64,000 nt of DNA, taken from positions 2,208,001 through 2,272,000 of the forward strand of contig OY968762.1 in NCBI GenBank assembly GCA_963695225.1, written 5' to 3'. Both the position numbers and the translations under genes were made by a program. Below are positions 20,730-30,721 of the stretch, piece after piece; within the stretch, counting starts at the first letter, position 1; every line of letters begins with the position of its first letter. The DNA is from Vulcanimicrobiota bacterium (GTDB lineage Bacteria > Vulcanimicrobiota > Vulcanimicrobiia > Vulcanimicrobiales > Vulcanimicrobiaceae). A model generated the notes under the pieces. The model searched no databases and was not told where the DNA came from. It worked only from the letters and a program-made list of their open reading frames with translations.

Positions 20730-20766
20730 ACGAGCCTCGCAGCGAATGCGAGGCTCGTTCTCATTT
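20730..20766 (+). terminator. Probable intrinsic terminator after groEL
   Basis: ACGAGCCTCGCA-GCGAA-TGCGAGGCTCGT 12-bp stem followed by TCTCATTT. Confidence 0.7.
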
Positions 20767-20811
20767 CGTCCGGCGGGGCGGCGCGCTCGCGCAACGAAGA
20801 GCCCCAACGCG

Positions 20812-22182
20812 ATGCAGACGAACGCGGCGCGGACCCCTCTCGACCGGTACTTCGGAATCAGCGCTGCCGGGTCGAGCCTCCCGCGAGAACTGCGCGCGGG
20901 GTTGACGACGTTCCTGACGATGTCGTACGTCCTCTTCGTCAATCCGCTCGTCCTCGGCAACGCGATCGTGCTGCCGAACGGATTCGCGAAACTGCTCGTC
21001 GTGACGGCGCTCGCCGCGGCGATCGGCAGCCTGCTGATGGGGCTCGTCGCCCGCTATCCGTTCGCGCAGGCGCCGGGGATGGGGCTCAACGCGTACTTCG
21101 CCTACACGGTCGTGCTCGGGCAGAAGATCCCGTGGCAGACGGCGCTCGGCGCCGTCTTCATTTCAGGTGCGCTCTTCGTCGTGCTCTCGCTGCTCGGCGC
21201 GCGGCAAGCGGTCGTCCGCGCGATCCCGAATTCGTTGAAGTTCGCGGTGACGGCCGGCATCGGGATGTTCCTCGCGTTCATCGGGCTCAAGAATGCGGGC
21301 GCGATCGTCGCGAATCCCGCGACGTACGTGACGCTCGGATCGCTCGTTTCCCCGCCCGTCCTGCTCGCGCTTTTCGGGTTGATCGTCACGTCGGTGCTGC
21401 TCGTGCGTCGCGTCCCCGGCGCGATCGTCTACGGGATCGTCGCGAGCACGCTCCTCGGCATTGCGACGCGCGCGCCGGTCTACCCCGGCCCGAACGGCGC
21501 GCTCGTCCCGTTCGCGGGCTTCGAGCACGGCGTCGTCGCGTTCCCCGTCTACCCCGAAGGGCTCGTCGGCGCGATGGATCTGAAGGCCGCGCTTGGGCTC
21601 GGCGTCCTCGCCGTCGTCTTCACGTTCTTCTTCGTCGATTTCTTCGACGCGACGGGGACGCTCGTCGGGCTCGCGAGCAAGGCGGGGTTTCTCGATGCGC
21701 GCGGCGACATGCCGCGTGCGCGGCGGACGTTCGCGTGCGACGGCCTCGCGGCGATGTGCGGCGCGGCGCTCGGCACGAGCACGACGACAGCGTACATCGA
21801 GAGCGCGAGCGGGATCGAGGAAGGCGGCCGGACCGGCCTGACCGCCGTGACGGTCGCCGTACTGTTCCTCCTCGCGACGTTCTTGTGGCCGCTCGCGGGC
21901 GCGATCCCCGCCGCCGCGACGGCACCCGCGCTGATCGTGGTCGGGGCGCTGATGCTCGAAGGCGTTCGCGGCATCGATTGGGACGATTTCTCGGTTTCCA
22001 TCCCCGTGTTCTTGACGATGGTCGCGATGCCGTTGACGTTCTCCATCGCGAACGGAGTCAGTTTCGGCGTCATCAGCTACGCGGCGATCAAGCTGTTGAG
22101 CGGGCGCGGCAAGGAAGTCGATCCGCTGCTCTACCTCGTCGCCGCCCTGCTCGTCGCGCGGTACGTGTGGCTCGCGGGCTAG
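20812..22182 (+). CDS. NCS2 (AzgA/PbuG-like) purine permease
   Basis: AGLTTFLTMSY, APGMGLNAYF, DFFDATGTL, YIESASGIEEGGRTGLT, MPLTFSIANG. Confidence 0.92.
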   Translation: MQTNAARTPLDRYFGISAAGSSLPRELRAGLTTFLTMSYVLFVNPLVLGNAIVLPNGFAKLLVVTALAAAIGSLLMGLVARYPFAQAPGMGLNAYFAYTVVLGQKIPWQTALGAVFISGALFVVLSLLGARQAVVRAIPNSLKFAVTAGIGMFLAFIGLKNAGAIVANPATYVTLGSLVSPPVLLALFGLIVTSVLLVRRVPGAIVYGIVASTLLGIATRAPVYPGPNGALVPFAGFEHGVVAFPVYPEGLVGAMDLKAALGLGVLAVVFTFFFVDFFDATGTLVGLASKAGFLDARGDMPRARRTFACDGLAAMCGAALGTSTTTAYIESASGIEEGGRTGLTAVTVAVLFLLATFLWPLAGAIPAAATAPALIVVGALMLEGVRGIDWDDFSVSIPVFLTMVAMPLTFSIANGVSFGVISYAAIKLLSGRGKEVDPLLYLVAALLVARYVWLAG

Positions 22183-22269
22183 AAGGCTGAGCTTCACTGC
22201 CCGTTCACGCCGCGGTGCTAGGATCGCGGGAAGGCGCGGGAGCGCCCGGCGAACGAAAGGGGCTCTTCG

Positions 22270-22950
22270 ATGGCCTCGGATCTCCCGATCTTCCGGCTGC
22301 GCGACCGGCGCCAAGGGGGCATCGAACTCGCGCAACGTTTGAGCGCGTACCGGCGCGCCGCCGGCGCGATGGTTTTGGCGCTGCCGCGCGGCGGCGTTCC
22401 GGTCGCTTATGAGGTCGCGCTCGCGCTCGAGCTCCCGCTCGACATCTTCACGGTGCGCAAGCTCGGCGTTCCCGGGCACGAGGAGCTTGCGATGGGCGCG
22501 ATCGCGAGCGGCGGCGTCTATCTGCTCAACGACGACGTGATCGACTCGCTGCGGATCCCGCGCTCGGTCGTGCTCGCCGCGATAGGGCGCGAGACGCACG
22601 AGCTCGACCGGCGCGAGCGGCTCTATCGCGCCGGCCTCCCCGAGCGCGACTTGCACGGGAAAACGGTCATCCTCGTCGATGACGGGGTTGCGACCGGTGC
22701 GAGCATCGCCGTCGCGATCGCCGCCGTACGGCGCAGCGAGCCGGCGCGCGTGGTCGCCGCGGTCCCCGTCGGCTCGGCGCCCATCTGCCGGAAACTGCGC
22801 GAGCAAGCCGACGAGGTGATCTGCGCGCACGTGCCCGAGCCGCTCTACAGCGTCGGGACCTGGTACGAGGATTTCGACCAAACGACCGACGACGACGTGC
22901 GAGCGCTCTTGAAGGCGGCAGCCGCGCGCACCTTGCCGGAGCCGGGTTAG
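22270..22950 (+). CDS. Phosphoribosyltransferase-family protein (Rv0571c-like type)
   Basis: LALPRGGVPVA, RKLGVPGHEELAMGAI, VILVDDGVATG PRPP loop, WYEDFDQTTD. Confidence 0.88.
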   Translation: MASDLPIFRLRDRRQGGIELAQRLSAYRRAAGAMVLALPRGGVPVAYEVALALELPLDIFTVRKLGVPGHEELAMGAIASGGVYLLNDDVIDSLRIPRSVVLAAIGRETHELDRRERLYRAGLPERDLHGKTVILVDDGVATGASIAVAIAAVRRSEPARVVAAVPVGSAPICRKLREQADEVICAHVPEPLYSVGTWYEDFDQTTDDDVRALLKAAAARTLPEPG

Positions 22951-24809
22951 CTCCCTTCCCCGCTCTCCGGGCGGGCGATCGCGTCGAGAAAACGCTCGCC
23001 GAACTCGGCGAGCTTCTTGTCGCCGACGCCGGCGATCGCTCGCATTTGCGCGAGCGTGCGCGGGACGATCCGGCTCATCTCGCGCAGGACGGCGTCGCTG
23101 AAGATCACGTAGGCCGGGACGTCCCGGGCGTCGGCGAGCTCGCGGCGCACCCGCCGCAATCGCTCGAAGAGCCCGCTCTCGCCGTCGCCGGGCGGTTCCG
23201 CCGAGGCGCCGCGTCCTCGCTTGGCCGCTTTTCCGCCGCCTTTCCCGCGCGCCGGCAGCGGTTCTTCGCGGATCCGGATCGGCTCGCGCGCGAAGAGCGC
23301 GCGCCGCCCCGCCGGCGTCACGCGGACGACGCCGAAGTGCGCGGCATCCCGCTCGATCAGCCCGAGCCGCCCGAGTTCCTCGGCGAGGTGGCGCCAGCCG
23401 CGCCGGTCGAGATCGGTGCCGATCCCGAACGTCGTCAGGTGCTCGTGCCCCAGGCGCATCGTCTTGTCGTTCGCGGTTCCCAGCAGAACGTCGATCACGT
23501 GCGTGATCCCCACGTCGAACCCGCTCGCTTCGCGGATGCGGTAGATGCACGAGATCAGCTTTTGCGCCGGGACGGTCGCGTCGCGTTCGGCGCGCGGATC
23601 GAGGCAGAAATCGCAGCCGCCGCAGTTCGCCGGCTCGTACGTCTCGCCGAAATACGCGAGCAGTTCGCGCCGGCGGCAGCCGGTTGCGTAGACGTAGCGT
23701 TTCATCCGCTCGAGCTGTTCGCTCGCTCGCGCGCCCTCGCTCTGCGAGCTCGCTTCGGCGAGAAAATGCTCGAGCTTGACGAGATCGCCGTAGCTGAAGA
23801 ACAGCACGCACTCGGAAGGCAGGCCGTCCCGCCCGGCGCGGCCGGTTTCTTGATAGTATCCTTCGATGCTCTTTGGGACGTCGTAGTGCACGACGAACCG
23901 CACGTTGCTCTTGTCGATGCCCATGCCGAACGCGATCGTCGCGCAGATCACGCGAACGTCGTCGCGGACGAATTGCTCTTGGTGCCGCGCGCGGACGGCC
24001 GAATCGAGCCCCGCGTGGTAGGGGCGAGCGGAAACGCCGGCGCTCTGCAGGCGCTCGGCGAGCCGCTCGACCGACGCCCGGCTCTGCGCGTAGACGATGC
24101 CGCTCTCCCCCGGACGCGCGCGCAGGAACTCGATCAACGCTTCGGTCGCGCGTTCCTTCGGACGCACGCGGTACGTGAGGTTCGGACGGTTGAAGCTTGC
24201 GACGTACGTGCGCGGCTCGCGCAGGCGCAGATTGCGGATGATGTCGTCGCGGATCCCCGCCGTCGCCGTCGCCGTGAGCGCGATGAACGGAATCCCGGCG
24301 AACCGTTCGCGCAGCCCCGCGATGCGGCGGTATTCGGGGCGGAAATCGTGCCCCCACTCGCTGACGCAGTGCGCTTCGTCGACGGCGAAGCGGGCGACGT
24401 TCCAGCGTTCGAGGTCGGCGCTGAAGCCTTCGAGCATCAGCCGTTCCGGGGCGACGTAGAGCAGCTTGTACTCGCCGCGGCGCAGACCTTCGATGCGGCG
24501 CGCGGCTTCGGGCGGTGCGAGCGAGGAGTTCAGGAACGTCGCAGCGATCCCGGCGGTCTGCAGCGCGTCGACCTGGTCCTTCATCAGCGCGATCAGCGGC
24601 GAGATGACGACGGTCAGCCCCGGCGTCAGGAGGGCCGGGAGCTGGTAGCAGAGCGATTTCCCGCCGCCCGTCGGCAGGAGCGCGAAGACGTCGCGCCCGG
24701 CGAGTACGTCCGCGACGATCTCGGCCTGGAGCGGCCGGAACGTATCGAAGCCGAAGTAGTGCTTGAGGGCGTCGCGAGCCGCCGTGGGGATCATGGGCAT
24801 CGGTATCAT
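22947..24809 (-). CDS. recQ: ATP-dependent DNA helicase RecQ
   Basis: PTGGGKSLCYQ, DEAHCVSEWGHDFRP, QETGRAGRDG, Zn-binding Cys, RQC and HRDC regions; exact start among ATGs at 24809/24800/24794 uncertain. Confidence 0.96.
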   Translation of the reverse strand: MIPMPMIPTAARDALKHYFGFDTFRPLQAEIVADVLAGRDVFALLPTGGGKSLCYQLPALLTPGLTVVISPLIALMKDQVDALQTAGIAATFLNSSLAPPEAARRIEGLRRGEYKLLYVAPERLMLEGFSADLERWNVARFAVDEAHCVSEWGHDFRPEYRRIAGLRERFAGIPFIALTATATAGIRDDIIRNLRLREPRTYVASFNRPNLTYRVRPKERATEALIEFLRARPGESGIVYAQSRASVERLAERLQSAGVSARPYHAGLDSAVRARHQEQFVRDDVRVICATIAFGMGIDKSNVRFVVHYDVPKSIEGYYQETGRAGRDGLPSECVLFFSYGDLVKLEHFLAEASSQSEGARASEQLERMKRYVYATGCRRRELLAYFGETYEPANCGGCDFCLDPRAERDATVPAQKLISCIYRIREASGFDVGITHVIDVLLGTANDKTMRLGHEHLTTFGIGTDLDRRGWRHLAEELGRLGLIERDAAHFGVVRVTPAGRRALFAREPIRIREEPLPARGKGGGKAAKRGRGASAEPPGDGESGLFERLRRVRRELADARDVPAYVIFSDAVLREMSRIVPRTLAQMRAIAGVGDKKLAEFGERFLDAIARPESGEGS

Positions 24810-24930
24810 CGCCGTTCCATCGCGACGACGGTGTTCCCGGTCAACTCTCCCGCCGAATATCCGAGCGTGTAACTCGCGAGGCCGGCCGTGGTACAGCATC
24901 CTTGGAACGGCGGCTTGAATTTAAGGAGAA

Positions 24931-25254
24931 ATGATGATCGTCGTCACTACTGAGGATATCGTCGGGCATCGGATCGTCGAGACCAAAGGACAGGTCTTCG
25001 GCGTGATCGTCCGCAGCCGCGGGCTCGGCGGGAATATCGTCGCGTCGTTACGCACGATCTTCGGCGGAGAAATTCACGAGTACACGTCGATGGTCGAGGA
25101 CGCGCGGCGTCAGGCGATCGACCGGATGGTGCAGAACGCCGGGTTGATGGGCGGGAACGCCGTGGTGCGGATGATGTTCGATTCGAGCGAGATGGGCGAA
25201 TCGATGAGCGAGATCGTCGCGTACGGAACGGCCGTGTGGGTCGAACCGGCGTGA
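24931..25254 (+). CDS. YbjQ/UPF0145 family protein
   Basis: AAGGAG RBS; GGEIHEYT, GGNAVV, VAYGTAV. Confidence 0.88.
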   Translation: MMIVVTTEDIVGHRIVETKGQVFGVIVRSRGLGGNIVASLRTIFGGEIHEYTSMVEDARRQAIDRMVQNAGLMGGNAVVRMMFDSSEMGESMSEIVAYGTAVWVEPA

Positions 25255-25544
25255 GCGAGCAGATCGCGCGCGTCGTGCTCGTCACGGCGGCACTGACGTT
25301 CGTCGCCGTCGATCTCGCGCTGCTCGTGCTGCATCATATGATCCATCCGTGGGTGCCGTTCGGCGGCGCCGCGATTCTCATCGCGATCGCGTTGCTGGAG
25401 CGCGGCCGGTATCGCCCGCGCATCGATCCGCGCGGCTCCGAATGGAAACCGACGGGAGAGCGCTTCGTCGATCCCACCAGCGGCGAAATGACGGCCGTGT
25501 ACTACAACGCGCGCACGAACGAACGCGATTACCGGCCGCTCTAA
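25251..25544 (+). CDS. Small membrane protein
   Basis: GTG start overlapping YbjQ stop; two TM segments then WKPTGERFVDPTSG...ERDY. Confidence 0.7.
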   Translation: MSEQIARVVLVTAALTFVAVDLALLVLHHMIHPWVPFGGAAILIAIALLERGRYRPRIDPRGSEWKPTGERFVDPTSGEMTAVYYNARTNERDYRPL

Positions 25545-25591
25545 CTCGGCGCGTGCAGGATGCGCCCGGCGCCTGCGTAGATGATCGCGGG

Positions 25592-26200
25592 ATGGAGCGA
25601 ATCGTAGGCGTCGTCCTGGCGGGCGGACGCAGCCGGCGCATGAACGGCAGCGACAAGGCGGGGCTCGAAATAGGCGGCGAAACGCTGCTCGAGCGCGCCG
25701 TCGCTCGCGCGCGGCCGCAGACGGCCGCGCTGATCGTGAGCGCGAACGGCGATCCTGCGCGTTTCGCAGGCCTCGGCGCGCCGGTCGTCGCCGACGTGCC
25801 GCCCGGCTTCGCCGGCCCGCTCGCGGGAATCTCGAGCGCGCTGCGTTGGTCCCGCGCCCACGAGCCGGCGGCCTCGTACGTCGCGTCGTTTGCCGTCGAT
25901 TGCCCTTTCTTTCCGGCGGACCTCGTGGCGCGCTTGGCAGCGGCGCTCCGCGGCGGCGGTGCCGAGGTTGCGGCCGCCGCCTCGGGAGAGCGCGTCCATC
26001 CCGTCTTCGCGCTTTGGCCGCTCTCGGCCGAGAAAACGCTCGCGCGGGCGCTAGCGGAATCCCAAGTCCCGCGCGCCGGCGACGTCCTCCGGCGCTTCCG
26101 CCTCGCGGTCGTCGAGTTTCCTTGCGAGCCGTTCGATCCGTTCCTGAACGTCAACACTCCGGCCGATCTCGAGCGAGCGCGCGCGGTGCTTCGGCGTTAG
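25592..26200 (+). CDS. mobA: Molybdenum cofactor guanylyltransferase
   Basis: VLAGGRSRRM, DK, FAGPLAGI, VDCPF, HPVFALW, FLNVNTPADL. Confidence 0.9.
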   Translation: MERIVGVVLAGGRSRRMNGSDKAGLEIGGETLLERAVARARPQTAALIVSANGDPARFAGLGAPVVADVPPGFAGPLAGISSALRWSRAHEPAASYVASFAVDCPFFPADLVARLAAALRGGGAEVAAAASGERVHPVFALWPLSAEKTLARALAESQVPRAGDVLRRFRLAVVEFPCEPFDPFLNVNTPADLERARAVLRR

Positions 26201-26218
26201 GGCGAGCCGTCGGCCCGG

Positions 26219-26596
26219 CTAGTGAGCGAGGGCGAAGCTCCGCGCGGCTTCGATCATTTCAATCGTCTTCGCCGGGGGCACGCCTTCGCGCAGGAGACCT
26301 ACGGGGCTCTCCTCGCCGAGGTTGGGGTTGCATTCGGTGAACCACGCCTGGATCGCGCTCGGGCGGACCGAGCTCGAGAGGAACTCCGCGATCTGGTACG
26401 CGACGCGCAGGCGCTGCTCGGGGTCTCCCCCGGGGCCGATCCCCGAGCGCCAATACTCGAGCACGGCTTCGTCGCCGGCGCCGCCGATCTGAGCTACGAG
26501 GCGCCGGCCGAGGAGCTGCTGGAGCCGCTCCACGATCTCGTCCATACCGGTCGCGAGCGCCTTGTGATGGGCAAGGATTTCCGGATGAATCGCCAT
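26219..26596 (-). CDS. Xre/MbcA/ParS-like antitoxin-domain protein (no adjacent toxin)
   Basis: HTH-like middle and C-terminal IQAWFTECNPNLGEESPVGLLREG. Confidence 0.55.
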   Translation of the reverse strand: MAIHPEILAHHKALATGMDEIVERLQQLLGRRLVAQIGGAGDEAVLEYWRSGIGPGGDPEQRLRVAYQIAEFLSSSVRPSAIQAWFTECNPNLGEESPVGLLREGVPPAKTIEMIEAARSFALAH

Positions 26597-26674
26597 GTCC
26601 CCATTATTGCCAAATGGGCGCCTTTTCTATCACGCCACTCGGTGCAGCCCGCGGAGAAAGCGTGTTACAACCGT

Positions 26675-27955
26675 CTATTCGACGGCGCCGTCCTCGTAGA
26701 GCGGAAAAACCGAGCAAACGTCGGGGGCGACCCGCGCGGAACGGAGCGTGCCCTCCACCCTGTCGACGCGTAAGGGGCTCGTTCGCACCCCGTCGGCAGC
26801 GACGGCGACGGCCTCGAGACCGCCGGCGGAGAGGGCTGCGGCGACGCGCTCCGCGCTCCCGGGCGCGACCCGGAGGAGGGTCGGGAGCGACGGCGCCAAG
26901 GGGAGGGCAACGGGGTGGTCCAGTTCGTCCGAGCGCTGATGTTCCCAGCGTGCGAGGCGTCCGCAGATGTCGGCGAGGTCGGCGAGGACCGCCGAAGCGG
27001 TCGCCCGGCTTCCAGCGCCCGTTCCCAGGAACGTGAGCGGCCCCGAGTGGGCCCCGGCGACTCGGAAGACGTTCCCCGGGCCCTGCGCCCGAGCGAAATC
27101 ATGGTCGGCGGCGACGTAGGCGGGGCTGACGAGCGCGGCGAGCCGGTCCCCGCTGCGGCGAGCGAGGGTAAGTGGGACCAACCCGTAGCCGAGGCGCGCG
27201 GCAAACGCGAAATCCCCTGCGCCGAGGGAGCGCAAGCTGCGGCGGTAGATCCGGTCTGCTTGCAGCGTCTGCCGGAAGCCGAGCAGCGCCAGGACCGCGA
27301 TCTTTTGGGCGGCGTCGTTCCCTTCGACGTCGTTCGTGGGGTCGGGCTCGGCATAGCCCGCCGTTTGCGCGGCCGAGAGCGCGTCGTCGAAGTCGTCGCC
27401 CGCGGCCATCCGCTTCATGATGTAATTCGAGGTGCCGTTCATGACCCCGGCGATCTCCTCGATCTCCTCGGCGACGAGCACGTCCGAGATCGCGCGCACC
27501 ACGGGGACGGCCCCGCCGACTGCCGCTTCGTACCGAAATGCGGAGTGCTGTTCCCGGGCGAGGCGCGCGAGCCGGCCCGCGGAGGCGGCGATCAGCGCCT
27601 TGTTCGCGGAGACGACGTGCTTGCCGTTGCGCAGAGCCCGTTCGACGAGATCGCGCGCGACGGTCGTGCCGCCGATCGCCTCGACGACGATGTCGACCTC
27701 GGGATCGTCGACGACGTCCGCCGGGTCCGCCGTCAGGTGCGTCCGGGCGGCCGGCGGGAAGTGCGGCTTCTCGAGGTTGCGTACGAGGACGCGGGCGAGG
27801 CGCACCGGGGAACCGTGAATCCTCCCGTCCTTCAACAGGCGGTCGACGACGCCGCCGCCGACGGTCCCGCAACCGAGCACGCCGATCACGATCGTGCGGC
27901 GATGGGACCCCGGCGCGGTCGAGGCAGATTCGATGAGTTCCGATGCGATGGCCAC
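26675..27955 (-). CDS. hom: Homoserine dehydrogenase
   Basis: GVLGCGTVGGGV, VVSANKAL, YEAAVGGAVP, NGTSNYI, GYAEPDPTNDVEG, GAGSRATASAV; GTG start downstream of attenuator. Confidence 0.95.
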   Translation of the reverse strand: MAIASELIESASTAPGSHRRTIVIGVLGCGTVGGGVVDRLLKDGRIHGSPVRLARVLVRNLEKPHFPPAARTHLTADPADVVDDPEVDIVVEAIGGTTVARDLVERALRNGKHVVSANKALIAASAGRLARLAREQHSAFRYEAAVGGAVPVVRAISDVLVAEEIEEIAGVMNGTSNYIMKRMAAGDDFDDALSAAQTAGYAEPDPTNDVEGNDAAQKIAVLALLGFRQTLQADRIYRRSLRSLGAGDFAFAARLGYGLVPLTLARRSGDRLAALVSPAYVAADHDFARAQGPGNVFRVAGAHSGPLTFLGTGAGSRATASAVLADLADICGRLARWEHQRSDELDHPVALPLAPSLPTLLRVAPGSAERVAAALSAGGLEAVAVAADGVRTSPLRVDRVEGTLRSARVAPDVCSVFPLYEDGAVE

Positions 27956-27971
27956 GATATCCCCACTAACG

Positions 27972-28000
27972 AAAAAACCTCTCATCCGTCGGATGAGAGG
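27972..28000 (-). terminator. Attenuator terminator upstream of hom
   Basis: CCTCTCATCC-GAC-GGATGAGAGG perfect 10-bp stem followed by TTTTTT on minus strand. Confidence 0.9.
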
Positions 28001-28026
28001 CTGCGATGTTCTTGCCGGCTTCGGCG

Positions 28027-28110
28027 TTAGGCGCGCAACACGATCTCACCCGACTTCCACGTGATGGAAGTGGCGCACATAATCGTGCTGGTGATACAAC
28101 GCGCGGACAT
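28027..28110 (-). CDS. Leader peptide of hom (MSARCITSTIMCATSITWKSGEIVLRA)
   Basis: 27 codons with 4 Thr, 4 Ile and an internal Met; lies just upstream of the terminator; antiterminator pairing present. Confidence 0.8.
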   Translation of the reverse strand: MSARCITSTIMCATSITWKSGEIVLRA

Positions 28111-28193
28111 GATCAGTAACTTGTACCACGCCTTGGACGCCGCCGTCAACCGCGTACTTCCTCCGTGTGACGCCGTTCGCGCCCGTCGGGCGC

Positions 28194-30527
28194 TCAGCGG
28201 AGCCATCGTTCGAGCCATTCGAGCATCTCCGCGAGCGTGGTCTCGATCGATTCGCGCGCGACGTAACCGTGCGCTTCGTGAGGGAGCATCACGAGGCGCG
28301 CGGTGCTGCCGTTGCCCTTGAGCGCGGCGTACATGCGCTCCGATTGCACGGGATACGTCCCCGTATTGTCGTCGGCGGCGCCGTGGATCAGCAGCAGCGG
28401 CGCCTCGATCTTGTTCGCATAGGTAAAGGGCGACATCTTCGTATAGAGTTCCGTCGCCTCCCAATACGTGCGCCGTTCGCTTTGGAACCCGAACGGCGTC
28501 AACGTGCGATTGTAGGCGCCGCTGCGCGCGATCCCCGCGCGGAAGAAGCGCGTGTGAGCGAGCAGATTTGCCGTCATGAACCCGCCGTAGCTATGCCCGG
28601 CCGCGGCGACGCGGTCGGGATCCGTGACGCGCAGCTCGACGGCCTTGTCGATGGCGGCTTTCGCTCCGGCGACGATCTGTTCGATGTACGTGTCGTTCAC
28701 GATCTGCGGGTCGCCCACGATCGGGAGCGTCACGTTGTCGAGCAGCGCGTATCCGGCGAGCGTCATGAAGATCGGCGAGGCGCCGCCGAGCGTCGGAAAC
28801 GTCTGCGTCGAGTTCGCGTTCTGTCCCGCGACGGCCGCGTCGTTGTATTCGAGCGGGTACGCCCAGAACAGCGTCGGGAGAGGCGTTCCGGGCACATAAC
28901 CGGGCGGCAGGTAGAGCGTGAAGGACAGGTCGATGCCGTCGGCGCGCCGGTACGTGACGACGCGCCGTTCGATCGCTTGCAACTGCGGCGCCGGATCGGC
29001 GAACTGCACGATCGTGCGCAGCGCGCCCTCGCCGAGCGAGCGCACGTGGTATCCCGGCGGCAGCGTCGGAGATTGGCGCTGCACGAGGACCGTGCGTGCG
29101 TGCGGATCGAGCGCGTCGACGACGGATTCCAAAGGATCGAGCGCCGATTCGAAGAGCCGCGTGCTCGTCTTCGTGCGTAGATCGTAACGGTCCAGGAACG
29201 GCCGCCGCCCCTGCGGTCCCCAGCCCGCGCCGCGCAAGAACAACGCGTCGCCGTCGGCCGCGATCGCGCGCTCCCCGTTCGGCGCGGTGCGCGTGAGCGG
29301 GTCGCCGGGATCGTTGTAGCGGTCGCCGTCGCGCAGCGCGAAAAGCAGCTCCGGCGCACCGCCTGAGGCGAGCGGGAGCAGGAACGTCCGCGTTATGCGC
29401 GTGTCGCGGTCATAATCGTTGACGAGCGCACGCGCGTCGCCTTCGATGAAGTCGATGCCGCGAAAGCGCGCCGTCGTGCGCATCAGTTCGCGCGGCGGTT
29501 CGCCGAAGGGCGCCGCGAGCTCGAAGATCGCGTCGCGCTCGGCCGCCTCCGCCTTGTCGTCACCCCCGTCGAGCGCTTCGGCCCAGACGAGCGTCGCAGG
29601 CGCGGTCGTCCGCCACGCGGCCTGCCGCGGGCCGACCGGGACCGTGTCGAACGTCGCGCGCTCTTGCGGCGGGCTCTCGACGATCGTGCGCGCGTGCCGC
29701 CCGGCGGCGTCGACGATCTCGAGCGTGTGCGCGAAGCGCCACCACGGGACCTGATAGCTGAACGGCCGGTGCACGCGATCGACGAGCACGAAACGTCCGT
29801 CCGGCGAGGCCTCTGCGCGCGCGTACAATCCGCTCGGCGTCAGGTAGCGCGTCGTGCCGTGCTCGATGTCGACGAGCGCGTAGCGCGCGGTCGCGTAATG
29901 CGCGAAGAGCGCTTCGTCCTCGCGGTTCGATAGGAGATCCTGGAACGTCACCGAGGGCGCGGCCGCCCCGTGCGTCTCTTGGATTGCGGGTCCGCGCGGT
30001 GCCGCCGCGGGCGGCGGCGGCGCTCCGCGATCGGACGGAACGACGCGTGCGAGCACCGTCCGCCCGTCGGGCATCCAGCCGAGCGGATTTCCGAGCGCGG
30101 CGTTCAACGCGACGCCGAGGATGCGACGGACGGTGCCGTCCGCGACGGTCCCCGCGTACAACTGCAGTTCGCGTGCGGTCGACAGCGCGAACGCGAAGCG
30201 CGTTCCGTCCGGGCTCCACTCGAACGCGGCGACGCGCGCGCGGTCGGGCAGCTCCGGCGCGAGCGATCGCCCGTCCGAGAGCCGCACGAGGCGCAGCGCC
30301 TCGAACGTCTGCGCGTGGTGGATCCCGTTGTTCTGCGGGTCGATCCGCACGCCGCCGAGGCGCAGGACGGGCCGCGCCAGCTCCGAGATCGGCGGATACC
30401 GCACGGGCGTGGCAAACAGCAGCGTGTCACGCCGCGGGCTGAGCGAGACGAGCGGGAACGGCTCGGCATCCAAGACGTCGAGGATCGCTTGCGGCGGCCG
30501 CTTGTAGGCTTCGCTCGGGGCGGGCAC
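28194..30527 (-). CDS. S9 (prolyl oligopeptidase clan) serine peptidase, glutamyl-endopeptidase-like
   Basis: GHSYGGFM nucleophile, GAYNRTLTPFGFQ, HGAADDN, HEAHGY; N-terminal propeller-like region. Confidence 0.9.
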   Translation of the reverse strand: MPAPSEAYKRPPQAILDVLDAEPFPLVSLSPRRDTLLFATPVRYPPISELARPVLRLGGVRIDPQNNGIHHAQTFEALRLVRLSDGRSLAPELPDRARVAAFEWSPDGTRFAFALSTARELQLYAGTVADGTVRRILGVALNAALGNPLGWMPDGRTVLARVVPSDRGAPPPPAAAPRGPAIQETHGAAAPSVTFQDLLSNREDEALFAHYATARYALVDIEHGTTRYLTPSGLYARAEASPDGRFVLVDRVHRPFSYQVPWWRFAHTLEIVDAAGRHARTIVESPPQERATFDTVPVGPRQAAWRTTAPATLVWAEALDGGDDKAEAAERDAIFELAAPFGEPPRELMRTTARFRGIDFIEGDARALVNDYDRDTRITRTFLLPLASGGAPELLFALRDGDRYNDPGDPLTRTAPNGERAIAADGDALFLRGAGWGPQGRRPFLDRYDLRTKTSTRLFESALDPLESVVDALDPHARTVLVQRQSPTLPPGYHVRSLGEGALRTIVQFADPAPQLQAIERRVVTYRRADGIDLSFTLYLPPGYVPGTPLPTLFWAYPLEYNDAAVAGQNANSTQTFPTLGGASPIFMTLAGYALLDNVTLPIVGDPQIVNDTYIEQIVAGAKAAIDKAVELRVTDPDRVAAAGHSYGGFMTANLLAHTRFFRAGIARSGAYNRTLTPFGFQSERRTYWEATELYTKMSPFTYANKIEAPLLLIHGAADDNTGTYPVQSERMYAALKGNGSTARLVMLPHEAHGYVARESIETTLAEMLEWLERWLR

Positions 30528-30721
30528 GCCACGGTCCCTTGCCGCAGCGCGGGCGGACGGATCGATGCAAAAACTCCAAAGAGGGTCTTGCCCCGATGTT
30601 CCTGCCCGGCCCTACCGGCTCCCTCGATGCTCCATTCGACAAAGGACATTCCGGCAAATCGTCCATCTATGTACCGAACGTCTAAATAGGAGGAGTTCCC
30701 ATCAAGCGAAGCCCGGGAGCA

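Noticed and set aside
20689..20811. Purine riboswitch upstream of the NCS2 permease
   Set aside because: No purine aptamer core seen; the hairpin fits a groEL terminator
21163..24357. Very long alternative-frame and antisense ORFs (for example 1064 aa here, 826 aa at 41333-43813, 797 aa at 7676-10069)
   Set aside because: Arg/Ala/Pro-rich shadow ORFs expected from high GC and codon bias, overlapping well-supported genes
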